From: Histomonas meleagridis 2922-C6/04-290x
Lineage: Eukaryota > Protista > Parabasalia
DNA length: 28,312 nt
NCBI GenBank assembly: GCA_020184695.1
Contig: JAANOX010000141.1
Span: forward strand, 1-28,312
Reading direction: 5' to 3'
Below, in pieces: positions 28,293 through 28,312 of the stretch. A program made the translations under genes and the position numbers. The stretch's first letter is position 1; the number at the start of each line of letters is the position of its first letter. The notes beneath the pieces were generated by a model that worked only from the letters and a program-made list of their open reading frames with translations, was not told where the DNA came from and searched no databases.

Positions 28293-28312
28293 GCTCCGGA
28301 ACGAAGCATACC

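Noticed and set aside
27528-28309. Antisense ORFs 27528-27755, 27664-28008 and 27986-28309
   Set aside because: Shadows of the GC-rich repeat gene on the opposite strand.
1-28312. tRNA, rRNA, spliceosomal snRNA, or transposon/Maverick sequences
   Set aside because: By eye I found no cloverleaf, rRNA-like tract, U2/U5/U6 signature in non-coding DNA, terminal inverted repeats, or transposase/integrase/polB motifs. A covariance-model scan would be needed to exclude divergent RNAs.

Overview
AT-rich, gene-dense, nearly intron-free eukaryotic DNA that looks parabasalid (trichomonad-like). The evidence is TCAYW initiator motifs just upstream of ATGs, TAA stops embedded in TAAA poly(A)-signal tetramers, a BspA/TpLRR surface-protein remnant and a flagellar IFT gene. 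I count about 14 protein-coding loci: an ArfGAP with GFG repeats (5' end damaged), IFT140, ERGIC3/Erv46, TAF9, a small two-exon hypothetical protein, a bromodomain+ET protein, a SAMHD1-like HD dNTPase, coatomer epsilon, a PH/LRR protein, an SMCR8/folliculin-like DENN protein, a CCDC87-like coiled-coil protein, a divergent actin, GFAT/GlmS and a proline-rich protein with seven KDRLAAF helices. Most large intergenic gaps contain decayed ORF remnants. I found no rRNA, tRNA, CRISPR array or intact transposon. Main findings: (1) two independent 23-nt GT-AG introns sharing a fused branch point/3' splice site (GTAT...TAACTYCAG), which the ORF track misses; one splits the codon of the catalytic Cys1 of GFAT. 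(2) That GFAT lacks the isomerase catalytic Glu (E488T, E. coli numbering). (3) A protein built of seven Lifeact-like helices, a candidate multivalent F-actin binder. All family assignments come from recalled motifs, not database searches.
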